DNA of 64,000 nt, taken from Magallana gigas. Taxonomy: Eukaryota. The position numbers were made by a program, and so were the translations under genes. Shown piece by piece: positions 13,501 through 24,672 of this stretch. Where the stretch lies: positions 42,532,001 to 42,596,000 of the forward strand of contig NC_088857.1 in the NCBI RefSeq assembly GCF_963853765.1, read 5' to 3'. The notes under the pieces are model-generated. The model was not told where the DNA came from. It was given only the letters and a program-made list of their open reading frames with translations, and searched no databases. Positions within the stretch are counted from its first letter, which is position 1. Each line of letters begins with the position of its first letter.

Positions 13501-16500
13501 GCCGCTGTCTCTGTCAGTAGCGTTTATTTGGCTAACAATCACGTAGTCGATCTTCGAACTTCGCGGGATTTCTCTCTCAATGACGTCATCTGCCTCTGGC
13601 GAGTTGTCATTTATGTCAAGTAGTTCGATTTCCAAAAGTGCAGTTGATGACAAATTACCTACCAAACATATTTTAAAGCCAAGTAAAAAAAAAATGAAAA
13701 TTGGACAAAACAGTCCGAAATTCTTTTATTACAACCGTATATCTCTGTTGAAAACTCTGGTTAAGAGAGCTCGACAGTCGTTGCCATTTGTAGACTATTT
13801 TAATCTCCTTTAGAAGAAGAGTTCAATAAAATATAAAAAAAAAAATCCAAATTCAAAAGGAAAAATCGATGGACTATTTCTTTACTAAATGATTTGTTAT
13901 AGATAAACAAACCATATCTTAAAATTCAGATAGATCTGATGTTTACTTTTGTTGACCACCGAGCCTCCTTAGTAAGCCTTCTGTAATTAATGTGTGCTAT
14001 TTTTTGTAAAGTAGCCTATATTGTTGTAAATATTGATACTAAAGCATTTTAAGACATTCATTATTGATTATTTACTTTGTGCTTTTGGCTAAGAATTGAA
14101 TATTTTTTTAAAGCTAGATTATCAATTGATATACCCAGTATATATATGCTAAATAACATTTATACAGTAGTACAGATCTATACATCAGTATACAAGACCA
14201 ATAATTGTGACTCCTCTCTCTGTCTCACCTCCATCCGTCGCTCTCAATGTACAGTTAAAGTTGATGGTAGACTCATAGTCTAATGTCATACTCTGGTTAA
14301 TCATCAGAACAAAATTGTCAACTGCAATTTTAAAAAAATATGTGAAAATCATGATCAAGATGTATGATAACTAGAATGTTAACCTAAATAATAACTATGA
14401 AATTCAAATTAATGAAGAAGTGGCGAACCTTTGTGTTCTTTAACTAATAGAGGACATTCGGATGGTCTTTCGATGGAAATTCGAACACCCTTTACTCCGA
14501 ATTGTCTGGAATCTCGATCGGTTACATTTAACCCATTGATATATACCAACACTTCTTCCTCTACCTAGTTTTGTAAATAATTTAGAAAACAGAAAAGGAC
14601 TTCATTAATTTAATAAGTTGATTAAAATTAAATTTGGTGTTCCCGCGAGAACGTTATACATATGGTCAAAATCCACAAACGTATGATGCTAACTTTCTAC
14701 GGCAATTTTCTTTCATCTTTCAATCTAAACTTTGTGAAATGAATAATTTTGGAACAATTGAAATGGATTTTATTCTGCCTTTACTCATTTATTACATATA
14801 TTATGTCTTAAATCATGAAATAAGTGTATTGATGAAAATGTCGGAAACTATAGCTGCAATATTACCTGGTCTTTGATCGACTCATTAATGGATACATTGT
14901 AAACTGACTGATCAAATGACGGCGAGTTATCGTTGACATCTTCAATCTCGATATGAACATCGACGGAAGACTGCATTGTTTCATTATTCGGGTTGAATAC
15001 CTGAAACAAAACGAAGCCATTTTCAAACTTATATCAATCTAGTTTTAGACAACTAAAGCAATGATGTTAAATACTATACATTTTCAATACTAGTATTTAC
15101 CGTAAGGGTCAACTTGCAGGTCTTTTTATCTTCATAGTCCAGTTTTCCAATTAGAATTATGTTTCCGGAATTAGCATTGTCAAGTTTGAAAACATCATCA
15201 CAATCTGTAAAATGGGCAATACGTGTATAAACATACTTAGAAATCTTGCTTTAAAAATAGTATCCAATTGTATGGTAAGAAAAGCAAGATACACACCAGA
15301 ACGTGTGTTAGGGGATCGACTTACTCTCGTTTGAAATCTTATAAGCTATCTCGGCATTTTCACCCTCATCACTGTCCGTTGCATTAAACATAAGGCCTAG
15401 AGACGTGCCGTTGGTGGCATTCTCTTTGATGACAGCTACCTGTGCTATGTCAGATTGGAATCGAGGTGGATTATCATTGACATCAATGATGTTAATGGTT
15501 AACTAAAATAAAAATAAATGTACCAAAGAACATCATTCCGCACATTAATGAAATCTGTAAACTAAATCGTTCTTTAACAAAAAGAAAAAGCCTAAACATT
15601 TTCAGGATAAAGTACCGTAATATGTATTTTACCTCAGCAAGCATGCTGTAGAGAGGAAGTTTTGCTTGGATAATAAACCTGTACTGGTGTTGTATTTCTC
15701 GGTCGAAAAACGTTGAATGTTTGGTTCTGTTCACGTAAAGAAATTCTTGCTTAGAACCATTTAGGTAGAAATCCCCAATGTTGTAGTTGGGCAAAACAAA
15801 TTTCTCAATGGCCGGGTTTATTGTGAAATTTTTAACAACAATGAAAGGTGAAGGAAAAGCAACATTCTCAGGCCAATTAAATATTAGTTTGTCCTCGTTA
15901 AAAACTCTAGAAATTTGAGTGTTCATTAATACAGCAACATTAAATGAGAGAGTGACTGTTGTACCACGGGACGGAGTGCCCTTATCGGTAATATTCACGA
16001 TATACAGGTAAGTTCCGTTAGACAAACTCATATCATTAGTTGGTGCTTCAATTAATCCACTGTTCGTGTTTATTATGAGAAAATCACTGGCATTACCACC
16101 ACTTTCTTGAAATTCTATTTCTCCATTGCTACCAGAATCCTTGTCTGTTGCGGTAATTAGTGCCACCAGTTTAGAGCAGTTTGGACATGCCCCGCTGAGA
16201 AAAAAATGTTAATATAAAGCATTTTAATACATAAATTTCCTTTTTTATCGAGAAGATTTGCTTTCTTGACTTTACTTTAAAAAAATGACGTTTAAGTAAT
16301 AGGAAAACACATTCAATAATAAAAAACCCATGATGAATTACATGTAAATATTACCTGTAAAACGCAATTTTGAAGTGTGTATCATCAGTAGGTATGGGGG
16401 CGTTATCGTTAACATCCTCAACAACGATGATTATGGTACCATTCGTAAACAAGGGAGGGTCTCCTCTGTCAGTAGCCTGGATAGTTAATTCATACACCTT

Positions 16501-19500
16501 ATTCAAGCTATCGTCGAAGTCTAAGTCGGGACAGGAAAGTTTACCATTGGAATCGATGTGAAATGTATCAAACTCGCTACAGAAATAAAACAATCAACAA
16601 ACACATGACGACGGTTTTTTTATATGCTTTGATTAGCTTGTTATAAAAGTAAAATCGAATTTAAGCCTTAAATTCGAATTTCAAAGAATGCATAATTTTC
16701 TATTTAATATCTTATCTTAGGCTTAGAATTCTAGGAGTTTTTACATAATGTTAAAAACAAAACTATAATAGCTGATGCTTTCAAAACTATAAACATAAAC
16801 TCCCGTTTTTTATAATCAAGCGCTAACCTCAAAACGCTGAAGTCAAGCTCTCTGTTGACACCAAGATCCCCGTCTAAAAAAAATTCTGTCAGATCTGATA
16901 TTGAAGAACAGTTGGAATTCTCTGGTATACGAAAAACAGGTACTTCTTTATTATATTTAAAACTAGGCGCTTCGTTTACGTCCGTTATATTGACAGTGAT
17001 CCAGGACCTTGTACACAATGATATGTCCCTTCCACTGTCACAGACCCTGACAGTGAAAACATCCTCATCTTTTGTCTCTCTATCTAACAATCGGTTGACT
17101 TTCAAGAATCCAGTGGTATTCACTTCAAAGTATCCAGAGCTTGCGTCTGTAAAGATGAGCTGCGCATTTATTCCTATGTCTGCATCTGTTGCAAAGACCT
17201 GTCCAATGTCTGTGTCTTCTGTTGCGTTTTCTAAAACTGAGAATCTGTATCAAGAGAAAACGAAAGGTTTGTTTATAAATTTGACAAAATGCATGTACTA
17301 ATCAACATCATATTGAAGTTCTGATATATCATAGTATATCAGACCAATTATCTAGTATATCAATAATCAATCTCTAGCTATTTAGATAAATCTCTACTGC
17401 ATACGTCATGTTAGAAGCCATTGGCGGATTATCGTTCATGTCTTCCACTAAAATCTCCACGATGGAAGAATTATTATGTTTTCCATCCTTGACCATCACA
17501 GATAAGTTATAGCTGGAGTGTGTCTCCCTGTCTATAGTCTCGTCCGATGAGAAAATCTCTCCAGTGGAACTGATAGTAAAAGCAGTTCCAGAGATATTGA
17601 ATGTGAAGGTGGAATTCAAATCTTTGTCCGTTACTTTTAATGGGGTTTCAAACTGAAAGAATGATTTCAAAATTTTTGATGAAGATGCATTGTCAAAATA
17701 ACGCCCATAAATTTATTTTAGACTGATATTAAAGTAAACAGAGAATTCGAAAAGTGTAATTACCGTAACTTTGGTACCATTCGCATTTTCTCGAATTTTT
17801 CCTCTATATACCGGTTGATCAAACATTGGTGTTTCGTCATTTTCATCCAGAACCGAGATTTTCACTGGAATGGTCTAAAATAAGAGATAAATAAAATAGG
17901 GACACTAGTGCTCAGTTTATCATCTGTAAATTAACTTTGAACATAAAGCCTTAATAAGCCTTTGGTTGGAATATCTTACTGCGAATTTACAGGGGTTTTT
18001 GCTTTGTATTGCTATTACGGAGTAGTCGTAATGGTCAATATCTTCCCTATCCAGTGGAGCGTTCGTAGTAATATTTCCCTACAAAAAATTGCTTCAAATA
18101 AATTATATGTACATTCATAACTTTTATTGTTGTAATATACCAAAAGCGCCGGTAAACTTAACCTTTTTTTAAGTACAATACGATTCCTACCGTAGTGCTA
18201 TTCAAAATGAATTTAGTCCGGTCACTCAGAGGGTCAAAAGTATAATCGACATATCCTTCTTTAAAGACGCTGCAGAAAGATGTCCCTTTATCTTTGTTTT
18301 CAAATATAGAACAATTAGAGACATTAAAATGTTCGTGAGTATCATTGGTCTCTCCAGACACGACATTAACCTTGACGGAAGCGTTGACGTAGAACACGCC
18401 GTCCGTCACAGTAACGATGGCGTTACCTCCCCTCCTTGTGTTCACCATGGACACCTCACCGAAAGAACCTATCAGGAATCTGGAATCTCCGCCCTCATCT
18501 GTGATACTGTAGTTCAGTACTCCAATGGTGTCTGGATCAGTCGCCGGGACCACGCCCACAATGGCACGGAGCTGTGAGTTGGTTACAGTGAACATGTAAT
18601 TATTGTCGAGAACAGGTGGATTGTCGTTTACGTCCAAAATATTTAAAGTTATTTTAATCGTAAAGTTTTTATCGTCAACCTGACCGAACAATTCAAACAT
18701 GTATTCTTTAATCATTTCATAATCAAACGGTTCTTTCACTACTATTGACCCGTCGGGCAGTAACAGCAAAAAGTCCTTAGTCTGTAATAACGCACTGTCA
18801 ACCCTTTGATCAGTTTTGCAAATAACAGTACCATTTGTGTTCTCGTTAATGCTTATTTGATGAGACAGCTTATATACTACAATGTTAAGGAAGATATTAT
18901 CATAGACAATTGCTGTAAACATTTGAGAGACGAAATCTGTGTCTAGCAATGTCGTTTGATTCGTCTTCACTAGTCCATTGGAGTCCATGCTCAAGAAGTG
19001 GGCGTTTCCTTGTATTGATGGATTGGTGTCATTTACTTTTAGATCTACCGTGGTTATCAGTGTATCTTTTAATGTTCCTTCGGCAATAAGTATAGTCTGA
19101 TTCTGTTGAGTCGCCTGGACCTCAAATAATATCGAGAGTGTATCTTCAACTTCTGCATTTTCCGACCCAATTTGTAAAGTAACGTGTACTATCACGTGAT
19201 ATAATGCACTGTCAAGGACTTTGTTAACACCGACAATAATTCCTGAACTGTTTAAGGAGCAATTAAATCCGGAATTGAAGGTCCTGATCACACAATTACT
19301 ACTATTGCTGTTAACATCTTCAACAGCATCTCCGAATTCAAACAAATGTTCTGTAGAAACAATTATAACCATATAACGTAATACTTAGTATCAGGAAACT
19401 TAACGATCAGCATAAAATGTTAATATTTAGATGTAATAACTGCTACATACCTGAATTATTTGTATCTTCCTGTGATAGTAAAACAATCCTGTCAGATTTA

Positions 19501-19882
19501 AGACTGCCCAAAGCCATAACCTTGTGTTCGAAAAGGGAACTTGGAACTAGAATAGAAAATGAACACGTGTTCAATGTCTCAATTTTATAAAGAAACATGC
19601 TGTCCTGTTGGAATACTTAAAGTACCTGAATCAAAATTATATTTTACACAAGTCAGTCTAAAAATTGAATACATGAACATGCCAGGACGTCAGTACCTGG
19701 AACACACGACGAGTTGTGGTTGTAATGGCTATGGATACATCTACAAGTCCAGTCCAAGCTGTCCTCGGAAGGCAGACATGCGCTGTTGCTTTGCGCGCAG
19801 TATCCGGTGCTGCTATGGTTTCCACAATCGTCGGATAGATAACGAGCATCTCGATACTCCAGACAAGGATTGGGAGTGGTTG
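7536..19882 (-). CDS. Large atypical cadherin (protocadherin/Fat-like ectodomain, single TM, short tail); 5' end unresolved
   Basis: 26 phase-consistent GT-AG exons: 19882-19697, 19546-19451, 19350-18191, 18078-17980, 17874-17764, 17652-17405, 17244-16828, 16576-16355, 16194-15633, 15502-15325, 15204-15101, 15000-14866, 14564-14429, 14321-14229, 13658-13479, 13342-13179, 12954-12786, 12701-12472, 12262-12056, 10428-10305, 9941-9817, 9708-9584, 9390-9241, 8356-8209, 7974-7946, 7713-7536 (about 1860 codons). At least 11 DxND-type linkers (LDVNDNPP, LDENDETP, EDMNDNPP, TDVNEAP, EDVNDNAP, IDVNDNPP, EDVNDNSP, LDINDNSP, TDDNERP, LDQNDNDP, KDTNQHHP), plus LDRE/DYE and AxDxDxG motifs. TM helix WSLVGVACFLILVTAAAVFGFC; tail ends IIPKPDYE*. 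Confidence 0.92.
10608..11943 (+). mobile_element. Non-autonomous Helentron/HINE-like element carrying a ~165-bp tandem array (in a cadherin intron)
   Basis: 5' aacaataagaggc..ggtcacctgag. About 5-6 diverged monomers of 158-174 bp (ccatattggccccaccctagagcctgaacccctgac..), then a gacg microsatellite. The 3' end has a subterminal palindrome aggtcacctgag-tttactt-aggtgacct sharing ggtcacctgag with the 5' end. This organisation is typical of bivalve HINEs. Confidence 0.8.
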
Positions 19883-20003
19883 CTGCAATTTTTGTTTTAC
19901 AAAATTAGTAATTAAGGTGTATGGTCCTAATAAAAATTATCCCTGAAAAAAAAGTAATTACTGAGGCAATGCTGTTCAACTTCCTCTCATTCCTCACTCA
20001 TAC

Positions 20004-20515
20004 TGCGCACACGGAAAAAGCAGACGACAAAGCCAAAAGAGACGCGGACAACCGCAGACACCACAAACAAAAAACCTACATTTGTCAGGACCTGAAAATT
20101 GAGTTAATTTAAAGACGTGGACATTGCAAGCAGACGCCACAAATGCAGACAACAGCGACTTTTGATACGTTACCTCCGGTCTTCAATACTAAGTACCCAA
20201 TTACTCTTAAAAATACCCACCATATCGGAATATTTATTTTGTGGTACTAAAAGCGTAAACCTGAAAAAGACGTACAAGTTTAAGTATGTTGTATTGCGAA
20301 TTGGCGCTATATAAGAAGAGTACAAATGCGTGTATCTTACCATTCAGATATTGCTGGGAAAAGAACGGTATGGCTGTTATGACATTCAGAAGTTGTCAAG
20401 TCTGCCAGCAGCGAATAAAAGGCTTGTATTTTCACTTCCTCCTTGCCGTAGCATATCAAATTCCCTTTGTTGCGATTTCCAAGGATAAGAAAAACTAAAG
20501 TCAATACGATGAATT
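20004..20515 (-). other. Candidate 5' coding exons of the cadherin (or a small adjacent gene)
   Basis: Exon-like blocks 20515-20341 ((E)FIVLTLVFLILGNRNKGNLICY.., signal-like), 20260-20174 (FTLLVPQNKYSDMVGIFKSNW..) and 20091-20004 (VLTNVGFLFVVSAVVRVSFGFVVCFFRVR). The first two chain together, and the third chains to exon 19882. The 20174-to-20091 junction is out of phase, and no start ATG was found. Confidence 0.45.
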
Positions 20516-21269
20516 CTTAGAGAATTTAAATTGCTTTAATGTCTTATAATGTATCATATCAGACATTTAGGAACACGTTTTTTATTTCACTTTTACTGTA
20601 AATTAACTCTAACATCAGTAATCACATACGTTATAATATACATATAAGGCATACACATACTCAAAAAAATATATCTATACAATGTATGAAATTTAGCCGA
20701 GATCGTTTTAATACCTTTCTCATTTTATTATGTTCCTTGCATGTTATGTTCACTCTTCTTCGTATCTTGTTACCAACTTCTTCTTATGTAATGGATGGGT
20801 ATTTAAAGCGTCTATGTATTCGTACACTTCGTCAACTTTTTATTCTCTACAAATTGAATAGTATGCATTAGCAACCCCGACGGAAACGCTATAAACATAG
20901 CAAGAAAATGGCGTTAATTCTCTTCTTTTCCCTACAGACGTAAATAATAATAGTAAGCAAAATATGCCCCACATAAATGTTAAAATAATTCTAAGATTAC
21001 AAACATTATTTTTCATAACATTAATGATATTGAAATGACAAATTTTAAACAGTGTCTAAATGTCACGAAACGTAAAGAAAATGATATGCGACCATTGTTT
21101 GAACAATTCACACAGCAGACAAAGCTATTCCGACTGACAGATACTATTAAATGTAGTTAACCAGTAATACATGTATAATACAATCTAAACAATAGGCGGA
21201 TGGGAGACATATAAATGGTGTTTTTTTCATTCCTAAAATAAAAGCATTTATAAAATAGTCTATGCACTA

Positions 21270-21400
21270 TTTGTGACCGAGAGACTGTAAGAATTTAAAG
21301 GCGCTTCATTCACGTCCAGTATATTGACGGTGATCCGAGGTTTAACCATACAATGATGAAGACTATGCCTATGATACTGGTGAATATGATTTCGCGGTTA
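21270..21400 (-). pseudogene. Decayed duplicate of a cadherin exon segment
   Basis: cgcttcattcacgtccagtatattgacggtgatcc resembles cgcttcgtttacgtccgttatattgacagtgatcc at about 16967-17001. It reads ITVNILDVNEAP versus ITVNITDVNEAP, but is flanked by a frameshift and stops. Confidence 0.6.
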
Positions 21401-24400
21401 CAAAGAATTTCAAATTGTTAATTACCTATGAAATTTAAGATTCATGACCAAAACTGAAGGGGGTGTCATCTACGATTCAATCCGGAGGTTTCCGATGAAG
21501 AAAGAATTTGCTTTCCAGTAATGCATTATTTTACATTGATTTTAAGAAAAAATATTTTGTCGAAACTTGGAATCGTTTAGAGTTCAATCCTGGAAACCAA
21601 CCCCAGAATTCCCTCCTTTTCTGCAGGCGTGCTTTTAAACGCAACAGTATTAATTTTAAATCATTTTTATTTTTAGGCAATATTGGTCAAAAGAAAATGG
21701 GGCTTAATTCCATGAATTTGCTTATACATGTAATTTTGCTTGGATGCACACAAGTTGCGGTAAACTTTAAACTTTGAATTACATGAACACATCAGCCTTG
21801 TTCTTTCATACAGATAATAACATGAATATCTTTAACTAGTCCATGTCTTTTTGAAACAATTACTAGACAACAGCATCCATGCAAATCATATGGTATGGAG
21901 AACAAAATCCCAAACATCCCTATGGAAAATTGCATGAAAAAAGGTGGGAAAAAACCCCCAAAACCACAACCAAACAAACAAACGGTTTCTATTTGATTCG
22001 TTGTTGTGTCTAGTATGTTAATAAGGAGCGCGTACATCAAGCTTTATGCATGTAAATATGCATATCAATTATTTATATTAATCGTACCGTTAATTTCAGT
22101 CTGTAAATAAACATTGTATCAATGTACTACATATCTCTTTTATCACCTTACTATGTCTTACCAGAAGCAGCGATAAAATTTTCCGTATTCACCAGAAAAA
22201 ATCTACAAGCAAAACGTTGCATAGTTATTTTGTAAATGAAATAGTATACTTGTTCATAAATACGTTCATAGCAAATTAAGGACATTCGTCGACTTTGATA
22301 TTTGGCAAAGAATGCATAACTCCAAAAAAACCCAAAAAGAAACAAAAACAAAAAAAATCATAAAAACCTTAAATGCGTCCCAGCGCTGATTGGTGACCAT
22401 TGATACCAGGAGACGAAGTGTGGCTTTAAACTTGGCACAGTTCTTAAAATGCATCGGAATTGCGGAAGTTTTATTTGCTTCGGTGGTTTCTGCGTTCTTG
22501 GTAAACCACATTGCATCTTCATTTCAGAAATTTCTTGAGCGGGTTAATCATCATGGAACAGCATTGGAAAGTTCTAATATGTACAAATCTATCTGTATAA
22601 TTATACTTCATTTCATACGAACTACATGAAGATTTTTTTTTTTTCGAAAATAAACTGAGGATTCAAATAAAAGTTATCATATATCCTTTTGTCAACACGG
22701 TATTTTTAACCAAATCTTTACCTTCTCTATTAGTTTTTTCTTTCCATTCAAAATCTTTACACAAATGTAGATCATGGATGTAAATTTAAAACCGCTTTGC
22801 AATTAGCCCCACAAAACATGATTCTTGTGCCAAACTCCATTGTGCAGACTTTGAAAAGCGCCAAATTAGATATGGGTTTATGTATAAAACTTATCTAGTG
22901 GCATTATATCAACTCGAGCAAATTATGTAATTACGTATTACAAAGCTAAAGCTCATGGACGTGAACAAGACAGATTATTGATTGAAGTTGTCTTGTTAAT
23001 CTAACATGAAAGAAATCAAATCTAACGTACAGATTCCAACAATATGAAAATTTAAGATAGATAAAATACTAATAATGTATTTTGAACAAAAATTGAATAA
23101 CCATAAATAGAATAAATAAAGATACCGGTATTGCAGCACCGGATAGTACATTTTCAAACGAATATTTGGAAATGCAAGTCCACTAGCTGCTGCAGTTACA
23201 AACTTTTTTTCTCCGATTTGGCTGAAACTGCACAAATTCCACCGGTATTAAATGAAAGCTATTTACTTCCACATCTTTATATCTATTTCTACATTAAAGC
23301 ATTCTGTACGGGATATGGACATTGTAAACTGCTTCGTATCGAGTTTCCAGTTTTCCGTAATTATATTGGATAATTTTTTGCAATTCCAAACGTACAATAA
23401 AACATGCCCGCTCAGTGTTGTATATATCGTATAGTTGTATATAACTAATTTACAGAATGTGGCAAAATAAAAACAACAAAAAACAACTCGAGTTGACAAA
23501 AGCTTTGGTTGTGTCTTTAATGACTAGGTCACACCTTGAGATTCAATTATGTAACTACCAATATAAAGTTCACATGGACAGTCAATGCTCGTTTGTACCA
23601 GAGAAAGTACATTGTATTATCTTGAGTTCCAATTTCAGCTTATAATTTGAGGCACCAGCATCATGTTCATACATCTTTTAAACAATGGATTTGATAAATA
23701 CCTATTTAGAAAGTAACGTAATATTTGATAAATTCAAAATAAAAATATGAAATTCATACTCAGTGCAATTATGCTACATGTACAAATGTGCCAGTACACA
23801 AGTACCCGGTATAAGCGTGTTTCAAACACTCATCATTTAAGATTACGATGAATGACAACGTATATCTCATTTTTAAAAATCCATAGATAATAATATAATG
23901 CATGTGCCGGTAAAACCTGTTTGTTTACTTGTATCATCATGTAACAGGATCGAGCATTACATATCATGGTTATTATAAATTCCTCGTACATATAAATGAT
24001 ATACACGCAGGTGTATGAATGTACCAAGTTTTTTATTAGTCAATACCAACTTTTAAAAATATCCAGTTCTAAAACTTTCATCACGCGATATCTGTCTTTA
24101 ATCTGTATCACCTTATCAAGGTCATAAATTAAATATCACTGCATTTCTTAACCACTAATATGAACATGGAGATATCTAGTTTATTCTAGTTTTTCTACGA
24201 CTTGACTTTTCTATGGTTCTTTGTGTATAAACACCTTCAACACCCTATCCCTTTGTAAGGGTCAACAATGACAGCCTAAACTATTATTTAATGAATATTC
24301 ATTTATGTTTAATAGAACACTGCTTTGCGGTTAATATTCAACTAATTTAGAACTGTAAGTTCTGAATTGTTACTAGATTATTTTTCTATACATAATACTG

Positions 24401-24672
24401 AATGTTTTTGTTCTACTTTGGTTGCAGACTCTCTGTAAAAAGTTGGATCCATGCGATAAAATTAGGATCTATATGATATGAGTACCCCAGGGATTCCTAT
24501 CACCGATATCTACCAAATGTTTGAAGTTGTCGTTTTTACTTCGTGATATCCGATTCGGCTTGGCTGTCTAAGAAGTAAGTCCTTTTGCTGTAGACTCCCT
24601 AAACCTATGCAGATAGCAAGCAAGACAACAATATGCAGGAATTTTCTAGACTTCCTACATTCGGACATGTTT

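Noticed and set aside
12056-19915. Plus-strand ORFs of 60-148 aa over the cadherin
   Set aside because: These are antisense shadows of minus-strand exons, with no independent motifs.
22266-22530. Exon-like GC-richer block as the missing cadherin first exon
   Set aside because: I found no donor in the phase needed for exon 20515, and there is no homology support.
23480-23660. Possible second decayed cadherin fragment
   Set aside because: Similarity to the large exon (VHVNFIL versus VHVTLQI) is too weak to support by eye.
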